Shown here piece after piece: positions 18,701-29,332 of a stretch of 37,873 nt of DNA. Position numbers and translations under genes: made by a program. Position 1 is the first letter of the stretch; every line of letters starts with the position of its first letter. The notes under the pieces were generated by a model. It ran no database searches. It saw only the letters and a list, made by a program, of their open reading frames with translations, and was not told the origin of the DNA. The stretch spans positions 1 to 37,873 of the forward strand of contig JBNPEG010000113.1 of assembly GCA_051117555.1 (NCBI GenBank). The letters are read 5' to 3'. Origin of the DNA: Elainellaceae cyanobacterium (GTDB lineage Bacteria > Cyanobacteriota > Cyanobacteriia > CAZCXK01).

Positions 18701-18779
18701 GGCTCTGCATGGGTAAAGGCGAGTTGTTCTGCTTATACCAAGTGCGATTTGAGAGACTGCCCCCTTTGAGTGCGATCGA

Positions 18780-18996
18780 ATTACTAAACCTATTAGGAAA
18801 TGTACTCACGGCTAAATGCCCTTCCTATCAAGCGTTTTCTTTTTTTTTCAAGTAAAGGTGTCAGTATTATTGGGATAAGGAACAGGTATTTACAGCCAAT
18901 AGGGACTTGAAATTGTGTACTCACGCCTAATCCGTTCCCTGTCAATACTTTCAAGTGGATTTGAGTTAGCGAACTGACCTGACACGCCTGTACTCA
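18780..18996 (-). promoter_or_regulatory. CnfR-dependent nifP promoter
   Basis: TGAGTACA on the minus strand at 18801-18808, 18916-18923 and 18989-18996, with two AATAC boxes 22 bp apart between the first two. Confidence 0.75.
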
Positions 18997-19142
18997 TCTC
19001 CAGCGGGGAAACTGCTTGAAATGTAATAAAATAATTAATCTGCAACATCAACTACCAAACACTATTTAAATAGATATATTAGATACAGAAATAATAGATG
19101 GCGATCGCTCTTACCCTTCACAGAGCGAGATAGAGCGAGGTT

Positions 19143-19360
19143 TGAGTACTCAGCAAAGTGATTGTTGAATACACTCAAAATCCACTGCACTTCATAGCCG
19201 ATGGGAGATTGAGCTGAGTACAAAAATGGTAGACCCGTTTGCTAGAAATACCTGACCCCAGCGTACAAAATACCCGACCCCCATCCCCAATAAAAATTTA
19301 AACCCCGATGACGACGCGGTTTGAGCCGTTGAGTACAGTCCTAATCACTCAATAACTCTA
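19143..19360 (+). promoter_or_regulatory. CnfR-dependent nifB promoter
   Basis: TGAGTAC at 19143, 19215 and 19330; AAATACC at 19246 and 19268. Confidence 0.8.
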
Positions 19361-19505
19361 CGGCGGGGTTGCAGAGCGACTGGCGTGAAGGCGGTTGGTA
19401 TAAACCACATAACGACAAACACCAAGACCTCCATTCCGGAGCGTTGAGGTCACCCCCTCTTCCCCCGTCCCGTTTCCTACCGTCCACCTTCACGCCGTAG
19501 AATCA

Positions 19506-20984
19506 ATGACACCACCCTCACCCAGCGCGATCGCCCAAGCCCCTGCCATTGATCTAGAACTCACAAAAACTCAGGTCAAGGCTAAAAAATCTGGCGGCTG
19601 CGGTTGCAGCTCCACCGGACCCTCCGACGACCTCGACGCTGCTATCAAAGCACGCATTGAAAAGCATCCCTGCTACAGCGAAGAAGCCCATCATCACTAC
19701 GCCCGGATGCACGTTGCGGTGGCTCCCGCCTGCAACATTCAGTGCAACTACTGCAACCGCAAATATGACTGCGCGAATGAAAGTCGTCCGGGGGTGGTGA
19801 GTGAACTGCTGACGCCTGAAGAAGCTGCTCACAAAGTCTTAGTCGTAGCAGGCAAAATCCCTCAAATGACCGTGTTGGGCATTGCTGGCCCTGGCGACCC
19901 CCTCGCAAACCCTGAAAAAACATTTCGCACCTTTGAATTGATTGCAGACAAAGCCCCCGATATCAAGCTCTGTCTCTCCACCAATGGCTTGATGCTGCCG
20001 GACTACGTGGATCGCATCAAAGCGCTCAATGTCGATCATGTCACGATCACGATTAACATGATTGACCCTGAAATCGGAGCCAAGATCTATCCCTGGGTTC
20101 ACTATCGCCGTAAGCGGTATCGCGGCATTGACGGAGTTCGCATTCTGCATGAGCGTCAGATGGAAGGTTTGCAAGCACTCAAAGAAGCCGACATTTTGTG
20201 CAAAGTGAATTCGGTGATGATTCCTGGAATCAACGACCAGCATCTAGTTGAGGTCAACAAAGCCATCCGGGAGCGGGGAGCTTTCTTACACAACATCATG
20301 CCGTTGATTTCAGCCCCAGAGCATGGCACCTACTTTGGCTTAAATGGTCAGCGTGGCCCCAATCCCAAAGAACTCAAAACCGTTCAAGATAGTTGCTCTG
20401 GCAATATGAAAATGATGCGCCACTGTCGTCAGTGTCGGGCGGATGCCGTTGGTCTACTCGGTGAAGATCGCAGCCAGGAATTCACCAAGACTAAGTTTAT
20501 GGACATGGAAGCAGACTATAGCGTGGAGAAACGTCAGCAAGTCCATGCTAGTATTGCGATCGCCAAGGCCGAGATCGAAGCTGCCAAAGCCAAGAAGACC
20601 AACGGTTCCGCAGGGGCAAGCAACTATTCATCAAGGCCAGATAGCCCCAAGATTCTCCTTGCGGTTGCAACCAAGGGTGGCGGATTAGTCAACCAGCATT
20701 TTGGTCATGCAAAAGAATTCATGATCTACGAAGTGGATGCCAATGAAGCTCGCTTTGTCGGACACCGTAAGATTGACCACTACTGCCAGGGTGGATATGG
20801 CGAAGACGCCAGTCTAAACGGCATTCTTCAGACGATTTCAGACTGCAAAGCAGTACTGGCAGCCAAGGTTGGACCCTGTCCTCAAAAGAAATTGAAACAG
20901 GTCGGGCTGGATGTCGTTGAAGCGTATGACGTTATCGAAACCGTAGCCCGCGACTATTACGACCAGCATGTGCAAACCGTGTAG
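19506..20984 (+). CDS. nifB: FeMo-co biosynthesis radical SAM protein NifB
   Basis: [34 protein letters not shown]-terminal NifX-like domain (NQHFGHA). Confidence 0.98.
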   Translation: MTPPSPSAIAQAPAIDLELTKTQVKAKKSGGCGCSSTGPSDDLDAAIKARIEKHPCYSEEAHHHYARMHVAVAPACNIQCNYCNRKYDCANESRPGVVSELLTPEEAAHKVLVVAGKIPQMTVLGIAGPGDPLANPEKTFRTFELIADKAPDIKLCLSTNGLMLPDYVDRIKALNVDHVTITINMIDPEIGAKIYPWVHYRRKRYRGIDGVRILHERQMEGLQALKEADILCKVNSVMIPGINDQHLVEVNKAIRERGAFLHNIMPLISAPEHGTYFGLNGQRGPNPKELKTVQDSCSGNMKMMRHCRQCRADAVGLLGEDRSQEFTKTKFMDMEADYSVEKRQQVHASIAIAKAEIEAAKAKKTNGSAGASNYSSRPDSPKILLAVATKGGGLVNQHFGHAKEFMIYEVDANEARFVGHRKIDHYCQGGYGEDASLNGILQTISDCKAVLAAKVGPCPQKKLKQVGLDVVEAYDVIETVARDYYDQHVQTV

Positions 20985-21034
20985 CGTCGAGTGCAGTTAT
21001 ATTCCCGTCTACTGACTTTTAGGAGGTTGCTCCC

Positions 21035-21403
21035 ATGCCATACACCATTACCAATCAATGTATTCAATGCGATCGCTGTTTATCGAGTTGCCCCACTCAA
21101 GCCATTCAAGATGATGGTCAGCAGTATTGGATTGATGCGAGTCAATGCACCAATTGTGAAGGAACCTACAGCGTTCCCCAGTGTTGGGCAGTTTGCCCCA
21201 CCAATGGAGGATGTGTGTTTTCGACGAGTGAAATTGCCGCTCCATCGGGAGATTATTGGGACTCTTGGTTTAATATCTACGATCGCTTGATTGCTCAGTT
21301 GAAGTCGTCTCATTCAACCTTGTCTCAGCAACCCAACTACTGGCAATCGTGGTTTGATTCCTATGCGGCGACCCTATCGCGCCTGCAAACTCAGCATCTA
21401 TAG
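21035..21403 (+). CDS. fdxN: 2x[4Fe-4S] ferredoxin FdxN
   Basis: CIQCDRCLSSCP and CTNC...C...CP motifs, YW.SWF tail; position between nifB and nifS; AGGAGG RBS. Confidence 0.9.
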   Translation: MPYTITNQCIQCDRCLSSCPTQAIQDDGQQYWIDASQCTNCEGTYSVPQCWAVCPTNGGCVFSTSEIAAPSGDYWDSWFNIYDRLIAQLKSSHSTLSQQPNYWQSWFDSYAATLSRLQTQHL

Positions 21404-21585
21404 CCGTAGTCTTCCGCTAGTTTGAGTCTCCAAGAGAGACTCTTACAAGGAACACACGACCAAGGACGGTCGCACTTACACAAAACCTAAATGCTCTCTC
21501 CCCACCCCTTAGTCTTGATCTCTAACCTTTTAGTTTCAGTTTCTGATCGTTTTTCCAGTTCCTAATCCGTTAGAGTCATCTCCCA

Positions 21586-22002
21586 AACCTTTAGTTTTGG
21601 TCTCTGAACCTTTAGTTTCGTCTCTCAAACCTTTAGTTTCGATCTCCAAACCTTTAGTTTTGGTCTCTGAACCTTTAGTTTTGGTCTCTGAACCTTTAGT
21701 TTTGGTCTCTGAACCTTTAGTTTCGATCTCCAAACCTTTAGTTTCGATCTCCAAACCTTTAGTTTCGATCTCTGAACCTTTAGTTTCGATCTCTGAACCT
21801 TTAGTTTCGATCTCTGAACCTTTAGTTTCGATCTCCAAACCTTTAGTTTCGATCTCCAAACCTTTAGTTTCGACCTCTGAACCTTTAGTTTCGATCTCTG
21901 AACCTTTAGTTTCGATCTCCAAACCTTTAGTTTCGTCTCTCAAACCTTTAGTTTTGGTCTCTAAACCTTTAGTTTCCACTCTTAAATCATTAGTTTCGAC
22001 CT
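21586..22002. repeat. ~20 copies of a 21-bp tandem repeat (AACCTTTAGTTTCGATCTC[CT][AG]), with degenerate copies from ~21505
   Basis: Read directly; near-invariant AACCTTTAGTTT core, no unique spacers. Confidence 0.95.
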
Positions 22003-22053
22003 GCAATTCTCAAATTTCAGACTCCAACTTCTAGCCTCAGCGGAGTATACGCC

Positions 22054-23265
22054 ATGACTGTGATTTATTTGGACAACAATGCGACAACGCGCGTCGCTCC
22101 CGAAGTCGTTGATGTGATGCTGCCTTACCTGCGCGACTTTTACGGCAATCCATCCTCCATGCATGTCTTTGGTGGACAGGTTGGTCAGGCAGTGCGAGAC
22201 GCGCGATCGCAGGTTGCCCAACTGATTGGCGCAGAGGACACCGAAATTGTGTTCACCAGTTGCGGCAGCGAGGGAAATAATACTGCGATTCATGCAGCCC
22301 TAGCCGCTCAGTCCGACCGACGCCATATCATCACCACCGAAGTCGAGCATCCCGCCATTCTCAATGTGTGCAAGCACTTGGAAAAGAAGGGCTACACGGT
22401 CACCTATTTGAGCGTAGATGCCCAAGGGCAGCTTGATTTGATGGAGCTAGAGGCCGCAATGACGGGCGGCACAGCGCTGGTCACGGTGATGGCTGCTAAT
22501 AATGAAACCGGCGTGCTGTTCCCGATAGAAGAGGTAGGGGCGATCGCCAAGGAGTATGGTGCAACCGTTCATGTAGACGCGGTGCAGGCAGTTGGCAAAG
22601 TCCCCATTAACTTGAAAACCAGCACCATTGACCTGCTGACGCTCTCCGGGCATAAGCTCCATGCCCCCAAAGGGATTGGTGCCCTCTATGTGCGACGCGG
22701 CTTCAAGTTTCGCCCCTTCCTTCTGGGAGGACACCAAGAACGAGGACGGCGGGCAGGCACGGAAAATGTGCCCGGACTGATTGCCCTAGGGAAAGCAGCG
22801 GAGCTAGCATACCAAGATTTACGTCACAATCTCCAAGGCACTAGTCAAGAAAAGCTGCTGCGCGATCGCCTGGAGCAAGGACTATTAGAGCGTATTCCTG
22901 ACACCGCTGTGAATGGTCATTTAATTCATCGTCTACCCAACACTACAAACATCGGCTTCAAATACATCGAAGGAGAAGCAATTCTCTTTTTGCTCAACAA
23001 GTACGGTATCTGTGCTTCATCTGGCTCAGCCTGCACCTCTGGCTCTTTGGAACCGTCCCATGTGCTGCGAGCGATGGGGTTACCCTACACCATTCTGCAT
23101 GGATCAATCCGGTTTAGCCTGTCGCGATATACCACGGTGGCAGAGGTTGATACGGTGCTAGAGGTCATGCCCGATATCGTAGAACGGCTGCGAGCCATGT
23201 CGCCCTTTAGTAATGACGAAGCAGGTTGGCTGCAAGACCGCAGTGAAGCAGTCGCAGTACGATGA
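22054..23265 (+). CDS. nifS: Cysteine desulfurase NifS
   Basis: YLDNNATT, GNPSS, HVDAVQ, SGHK, SSGSACTS. Confidence 0.97.
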   Translation: MTVIYLDNNATTRVAPEVVDVMLPYLRDFYGNPSSMHVFGGQVGQAVRDARSQVAQLIGAEDTEIVFTSCGSEGNNTAIHAALAAQSDRRHIITTEVEHPAILNVCKHLEKKGYTVTYLSVDAQGQLDLMELEAAMTGGTALVTVMAANNETGVLFPIEEVGAIAKEYGATVHVDAVQAVGKVPINLKTSTIDLLTLSGHKLHAPKGIGALYVRRGFKFRPFLLGGHQERGRRAGTENVPGLIALGKAAELAYQDLRHNLQGTSQEKLLRDRLEQGLLERIPDTAVNGHLIHRLPNTTNIGFKYIEGEAILFLLNKYGICASSGSACTSGSLEPSHVLRAMGLPYTILHGSIRFSLSRYTTVAEVDTVLEVMPDIVERLRAMSPFSNDEAGWLQDRSEAVAVR

Positions 23266-23325
23266 TTTTCTCCCGATTCTCCACCCTCTTAATCAATCTC
23301 TACTTCATTAATTAGGACAACAACC

Positions 23326-24219
23326 ATGTGGGACTACTCAGAGCAGGTACTTGAACATTTCTATAATCCGCGCAATCAAGGGGCGATCGCCACTGCTGAA
23401 GAACCCGGTATTGCAGTGGTCTATGGCGAAGTGGGCAGTATTGCCTGCGGAGATGCCCTGCGGTTGCACCTAAAAGTCAAGGAAGCGACAGAAACGATCC
23501 TTGATGCGCGATTTCAAACTTTTGGCTGCACCAGTGCGATCGCCTCGTCGTCAGCCCTCACTGAAATTATTAAAGGTAAAACACTGGATGAAGCCCTCAA
23601 TATCAGCAATCAAGACATCGCAGATTTCTTGGGAGGGTTGCCGGAAGCCAAAATGCACTGCTCCGTGATGGGGCAAGAAGCCCTCGAAGCAGCTATCTAC
23701 AAGTATCGTGGTATCGAGGTCGACCATCATGACGACGATGACGAAGGCACGCTCATCTGCTCGTGCTTTGGCATTACCGAGAGTAAGATTCGCCGAGTTG
23801 TGATTGAGAATGACCTCACTGATGTTGAGCACGTCACCAACTATATCAAAGCCGGGGGTGGCTGTGGCTCCTGTCTTGCAGGTATTGAAGATATCCTCAT
23901 TGATGTTCAGCAGGAAAAAGCATCGTTAACAAGCCGAGTCGTGGCTGAACTGACTCCCATGCTTCCATCTCCACAGCCGTTAACGCCGATTCAAAAAATC
24001 ACGCTGATTCAACAAGTCATCGAAGAAGACGTACGCCCGGTGTTAGTCGCTGATGGCGGTGATGTCGAACTCTACAACGTCAAGGGAGACACGGTGCAAG
24101 TTGTACTAAAAGGAGCCTGTGGTGGCTGTGCCAGCAGCACCGATACCCTCAAGTATGCGATTGAATCTCGCCTCAAAGAGCGTGTGCTTCCCAGTCTAGT
24201 CGTTGAAGCCATTTCATAG
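23326..24219 (+). CDS. nifU: Fe-S scaffold NifU
   Basis: MWDYS, CGDAL, TFGC, KMHCSV, CSCF, GGGCGSC, C-terminal GACGGC. Confidence 0.97.
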   Translation: MWDYSEQVLEHFYNPRNQGAIATAEEPGIAVVYGEVGSIACGDALRLHLKVKEATETILDARFQTFGCTSAIASSSALTEIIKGKTLDEALNISNQDIADFLGGLPEAKMHCSVMGQEALEAAIYKYRGIEVDHHDDDDEGTLICSCFGITESKIRRVVIENDLTDVEHVTNYIKAGGGCGSCLAGIEDILIDVQQEKASLTSRVVAELTPMLPSPQPLTPIQKITLIQQVIEEDVRPVLVADGGDVELYNVKGDTVQVVLKGACGGCASSTDTLKYAIESRLKERVLPSLVVEAIS

Positions 24220-24446
24220 AGGCTGCGATCGCGCCGAGACATCCCCAGTGGCGATCGCCCTTATCCACTTCCCTCACCTTTTGTACTGTTTCTCTCTGAT
24301 TGCAATGCTGACTTTTCATTCAAAATCTGAAGACTGTGTTGCTCCGCAACACGCCTCGCGAGCACCTCCATCCATTCACTCAATAATTAATCTCTCTGGT
24401 ATGGGTGTGCGAGCAACGGCAAACCGTCCATCTGCGGAGAAATTAA

Positions 24447-25400
<954 letters not shown>

Positions 25401-25613
25401 TTCTCCCAGTTTCCAGGAGTACTGAACTCAGTGACGGCATGACAGAGCCAGGGAATGCAGTCGAGCCAACTCACTTGCGAGTACGCATAAAAAGAATATC
25501 AAGGGCGATCGTACTGCTCCCGCTCTGTTCCCGCTCTGTTCCCTCACATCTTCCACTCTCCCCTTCCCTAATTTCTCCCTACGCAAACTCCCGATATAAC
25601 CTGAGAGGGCACT

Positions 25614-27059
25614 ATGGCAAACGTAGAAGACAAAAAAGCACTCGTTCAGGAGGTGCTAGACGCCTATCCTGAGAAAGCCCAAAAGACCCGCTCCAAGCAC
25701 CTCAACGTTCACGAAGAAGGTAATTCTGATTGCGGTGTCAAGTCTAACAAAAAGTCTGTTCCTGGCGTTATGACCACTCGTGGCTGTGCCTACGCAGGTG
25801 CGAAGGGGGTGGTCTGGGGACCCGTTAAAGATATGATTCACCTCAGCCACGGTCCCGTTGGATGTGGATACTATTCTTGGTCAGGACGCCGCAACTACTA
25901 CATCGGCACCACAGGGGTAGATACCTTCGGCACCATGCAGTTCACCTCCGATTTCCAGGAACGGGATATCGTCTTCGGCGGCGACAAAAAGCTCGACAAG
26001 CTGATTGACGAAATCGAGGTTCTCTTTCCCCTAAGCAAGGGCACTACGATCGAATCAGAATGCCCTGTAGGTCTGATTGGAGATGATATCGAAGCTGTCG
26101 CTCGGAAAAAGGCCAAGCAGTATGGCAAGCCTGTTGTACCAGTCCGCTGTGAAGGATTCCGGGGTGTCTCCCAGTCCTTAGGACACCACATTGCCAACGA
26201 CACCGTGCGGGATTGGGTGCTGCCCAAAGCCGATGAATACCGCCAGCTTCCCAACGGTTTTGAACCCAGCCCCTACGATGTCAACATCATCGGAGACTAC
26301 AACATCGGTGGGGATGCTTGGCCCAGCCGCAAACTCCTTGAAGACATTGGACTGCGCGTTATTTGTCAGTTCTCCGGCGATGGCACCTTCAATGAAGTCG
26401 TCATGACGCCCCTTGCCAAGCTCAACCTAATCCACTGCTATCGGTCAATGAACTACATCTGCCGCTTCATGGAAGAGAAGTATGGCATTGGCTGGCTGGA
26501 ATATAACTTCTTTGGCCCCACCCAAATCGCCAAGTCTCTGCGGAAGATTGCGGCTCAGTTTGACGAAACGATTCAAGCAAAAGCAGAAGAAGTGATTGCC
26601 GCAAATCAGATTCGCATGGATGCCATCACTGCCAAGTATCGCCCCCGTCTAGAAGGCAAGCGCGTGATGATGATGGTCGGTGGATTGCGCCCCCGCCACG
26701 TCGTCCCTGCCTTCGAAGACCTGGGCATGGACGTCATCGGTACTGGCTATGAGTTTGGTCATGGCGATGACTACAAGCGTACTGCCGACTATGTGAGCGA
26801 CGGCACCGTCATCTATGACGACGTGAGCGGCTTTGAATTTGAGGAATTCGCAAAGCAGTTGAAGCCTGATCTGATTGCTGCAGGCATTAAAGAGAAGTAT
26901 GTCTTCCAAAAGATGGCACTCCCCTTCCGCCAAATGCACTCCTGGGATTACTCAGGCCCGTACCACGGCTATGAAGGATTTGAAGTCTTCGCCCGGGATA
27001 TGGATCTAGCCATTAATAATCCCACCTGGAGCCTGATCAACGCTCCGTGGAATGCGTAG
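25614..27059 (+). CDS. nifD: MoFe protein alpha chain NifD (uninterrupted)
   Basis: RGCAYAG, HGPVGC, ECP, HCYRSM (FeMo-co Cys), QMHSWDY (FeMo-co His). Confidence 0.98.
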   Translation: MANVEDKKALVQEVLDAYPEKAQKTRSKHLNVHEEGNSDCGVKSNKKSVPGVMTTRGCAYAGAKGVVWGPVKDMIHLSHGPVGCGYYSWSGRRNYYIGTTGVDTFGTMQFTSDFQERDIVFGGDKKLDKLIDEIEVLFPLSKGTTIESECPVGLIGDDIEAVARKKAKQYGKPVVPVRCEGFRGVSQSLGHHIANDTVRDWVLPKADEYRQLPNGFEPSPYDVNIIGDYNIGGDAWPSRKLLEDIGLRVICQFSGDGTFNEVVMTPLAKLNLIHCYRSMNYICRFMEEKYGIGWLEYNFFGPTQIAKSLRKIAAQFDETIQAKAEEVIAANQIRMDAITAKYRPRLEGKRVMMMVGGLRPRHVVPAFEDLGMDVIGTGYEFGHGDDYKRTADYVSDGTVIYDDVSGFEFEEFAKQLKPDLIAAGIKEKYVFQKMALPFRQMHSWDYSGPYHGYEGFEVFARDMDLAINNPTWSLINAPWNA

Positions 27060-27070
27060 ACAACTCGAAA

Positions 27071-27170
27071 CATGAGGGAGTGTGGGAGTGATGGAGTGAG
27101 GAAACATCTGAATCACCCCATCCACTCATCTCCCCATCCCCCCATCCCCTATCCCCCATCCCCATCCAGC
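27071..27170. repeat. STRR-like short repeats (CCCCATC-type) with a complementary purine-rich arm in the nifD-nifK spacer
   Basis: GGGAGTGT/GGGAGTGA/TGGAGTGA followed by repeated CCCCATC; can fold as an imperfect hairpin. Confidence 0.7.
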
Positions 27171-27193
27171 ATTTCTTTCAAAAGGAGCGCACC

Positions 27194-28798
27194 ATGACTC
27201 AGACCCCAGACAACAACCTAACTCCTGAGCAAACGCCTCAACCGACGACTATTCCGCCTACGGTTCCCACCGACCCCGGCAAAATTCAGGATCACTTTGA
27301 CCTGTTCCACACCGATACCTACCAAGATTTATTTGAGTACAAGCGGCAGTTTGAAGGGGCACATGACCCAGATGAAGTAGCTCGCATTGCAGAGTGGACA
27401 AAATCCTGGGATTATCGCGAGAAGAACTTTGAGCGAGGAGCGCTGACGGTTAATCCTGCAAAAGCTTGTCAGCCGCTTGGTGCCCTGTTTGTTGCTGCTG
27501 GCTTTGAAGGAACACTGCCTTACAGCCACGGATCGCAAGGATGTGTTGCTTACTTTCGTACCCACCTGACTCGTAACTACAAAGAGCCATTCCAAGCCGT
27601 ATCGTCATCCATGACCGAAGATGCAGCCGTATTTGGTGGGCTCAACAACCTCAAGCAAGGTTTGGAAAACTCCTACACGCTCTATAAGCCCAAAATGATT
27701 GCTCTCTGCACCACCTGTATGGCAGAAGTCATTGGGGATGATTTGGGAGCATTCATCACGACCTCTAAGCAAGAAGGGCATATTCCTGAAGACCTGCCCG
27801 TCCCGTTTGCTCATACTCCCAGCTTTGTCGGCTCCCATATTACAGGATACGACAACATGCTGAAAGGGATTCTCTCAACCCTGAGCAAAGGCAAAAAGGC
27901 GGACACCACCAACGGTAAATTTAACTTCAACTTGGGATTTGATCCCTACGTGGGCAATATCCGAGAGCTGAAGCGAATTCTGGAGCTATTTGGAATCGAT
28001 TACACAGTTCTGTCAGACAACTCGGATGCATTTGATTCTCCAAACACGGGCGAATTCAAGATGTATAACGGGCTGACGACGCTAGAAGACACGGCTGACT
28101 CGATTAATGCTGAAGGCAGCTTCTTCTTCCAGAAGTACACGACACCCAAAACTCAAGAATTCATCGCCACCGAGTGGGGTCAAAAGACCTACAACTTCCG
28201 TCCGTTTGGTATCAAGGGCACTGATGAATTCTTGATGGCGCTGTCTGCAATCACGGGTAAGCCGATTCCCCAAGTGCTGCAAGATGAGCGGGGTCGCGCT
28301 GTCGATGCCATGACTGACTCTCAAGCCTGGATTCACGGCAAGCGGATTGCTCTCTATGGCGATCCAGATCATGTCACAAGCCTGGTCAACTTCTTGCTAG
28401 AAGTAGGTGCTGAGCCAGTTCACATTGTCGTCACCAACAGTAATGAAGGCTTTGAGTCAGAACTGCGAGACATCTTAACTGCCAGCCCCTATGGGCAGGG
28501 TGCCACGATCTGGGGCAAGAAGGATCTATGGCACTTGCGATCGCTCCTCTTTACCGAGCCTGTAGATTTGCTGATCGGCAACTCCTACGGCAAGTATCTC
28601 TGGCGTGATACCCATACTCCACTAGTTCGCATTGGTTACCCGATCTTCGATCGCCACCACATGCACCGCTATGAAACATTGGGGTATCGCGGCGCGACAA
28701 ACCTGCTCAACTGGGTGGTAAACACCATTCTGGATGAACTGGATCGCAAGACCATCATTCCCGCGAAGACGGATATTTCGTTTGATTTGATTCGGTAA
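27194..28798 (+). CDS. nifK: MoFe protein beta chain NifK
   Basis: NPAKACQPLGA, GSQGCVAYFR, TTCMAEVIGDD, HTPSF, C-terminal FDLIR. Confidence 0.98.
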   Translation: MTQTPDNNLTPEQTPQPTTIPPTVPTDPGKIQDHFDLFHTDTYQDLFEYKRQFEGAHDPDEVARIAEWTKSWDYREKNFERGALTVNPAKACQPLGALFVAAGFEGTLPYSHGSQGCVAYFRTHLTRNYKEPFQAVSSSMTEDAAVFGGLNNLKQGLENSYTLYKPKMIALCTTCMAEVIGDDLGAFITTSKQEGHIPEDLPVPFAHTPSFVGSHITGYDNMLKGILSTLSKGKKADTTNGKFNFNLGFDPYVGNIRELKRILELFGIDYTVLSDNSDAFDSPNTGEFKMYNGLTTLEDTADSINAEGSFFFQKYTTPKTQEFIATEWGQKTYNFRPFGIKGTDEFLMALSAITGKPIPQVLQDERGRAVDAMTDSQAWIHGKRIALYGDPDHVTSLVNFLLEVGAEPVHIVVTNSNEGFESELRDILTASPYGQGATIWGKKDLWHLRSLLFTEPVDLLIGNSYGKYLWRDTHTPLVRIGYPIFDRHHMHRYETLGYRGATNLLNWVVNTILDELDRKTIIPAKTDISFDLIR

Positions 28799-28803
28799 TG
28801 CCT

Positions 28804-28855
28804 GTGGGGGCGATCGCTGTTCGCAAAGCATCTCCGAAGGAGAAATCGCCCCTAC
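28804..28855. repeat. REP-like palindrome (GTGGGGGCGAT...ATCGCCCCTAC) with a nested 21-nt SDR-like unit
   Basis: Inverted arms around GCAAAGCATCTCCGAAGGAGA (28823-28843; TCTCC-GAA-GGAGA hairpin). Confidence 0.55.
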
Positions 28856-28921
28856 CCATCAATTCGTTCTGGCAAATACCTCACTTACGATGTAATCCCA
28901 TATTCTGACGGAGAATCCACC

Positions 28922-29215
28922 ATGCGTCTTAGCGAAGAAGTCGAACTAGATGCCCCCCCTATTTATGAAATTGGCAGCCGAGTCCGCACCTGCAAAGTCA
29001 TTCGTAATGACGGCACCTTTCCAGGAAAAGACGTGGGCTTTCATCTTGCTAAAAAAGGTGACATTGGCTATATCGTCGGCATCGGCACCTATCTGCAACG
29101 GGCGTACGTCTATTCGGTGCATTTCCTAGACTCTAACTTTGTTGTCGGTTGCCTGAGCCGAGAATTGGAACTAGCAGAAGATCGCCCCGTTCAAAGCTTG
29201 AACGGCGATGATTAG
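28922..29215 (+). CDS. nifZ: NifZ
   Basis: RVR...IRNDGTFPG...GDIGYI..IGTYLQ...Y.VHF....VVGC...EL signature. Confidence 0.93.
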   Translation: MRLSEEVELDAPPIYEIGSRVRTCKVIRNDGTFPGKDVGFHLAKKGDIGYIVGIGTYLQRAYVYSVHFLDSNFVVGCLSRELELAEDRPVQSLNGDD

Positions 29216-29242
29216 TTCCAACGGATATGTAAATGAGTCAAT

Positions 29243-29272
29243 GTAGGGTGGGCAAAGCACCGCGTGCCCATC
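29243..29272 (+). repeat. REP-like GTAG hairpin
   Basis: GTAGGGTGGGCA...TGCCCATC. Confidence 0.5.
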
Positions 29273-29332
29273 GCATCAGAAGACCGGCTCGATACCTCTC
29301 CTCTATTTCCGCACTCCTACCCTCAGACGGCT

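Noticed and set aside
21536..22034. CRISPR array, or real proteins from the 156-aa (-) and 145-aa (+) ORFs
   Set aside because: Units are contiguous with no unique spacers and no cas genes are present; the ORFs stay open because a 21-bp period preserves frame, and they lack clear RBSs
24414..24445. c-di-GMP-I riboswitch suggested by GGCAAACC
   Set aside because: No following GNRA stem, GCAAA or receptor elements
25614..27059. Heterocyst-type excision element in nifD, nifK or fdxN
   Set aside because: All three genes are continuous and no recombinase is present in the window
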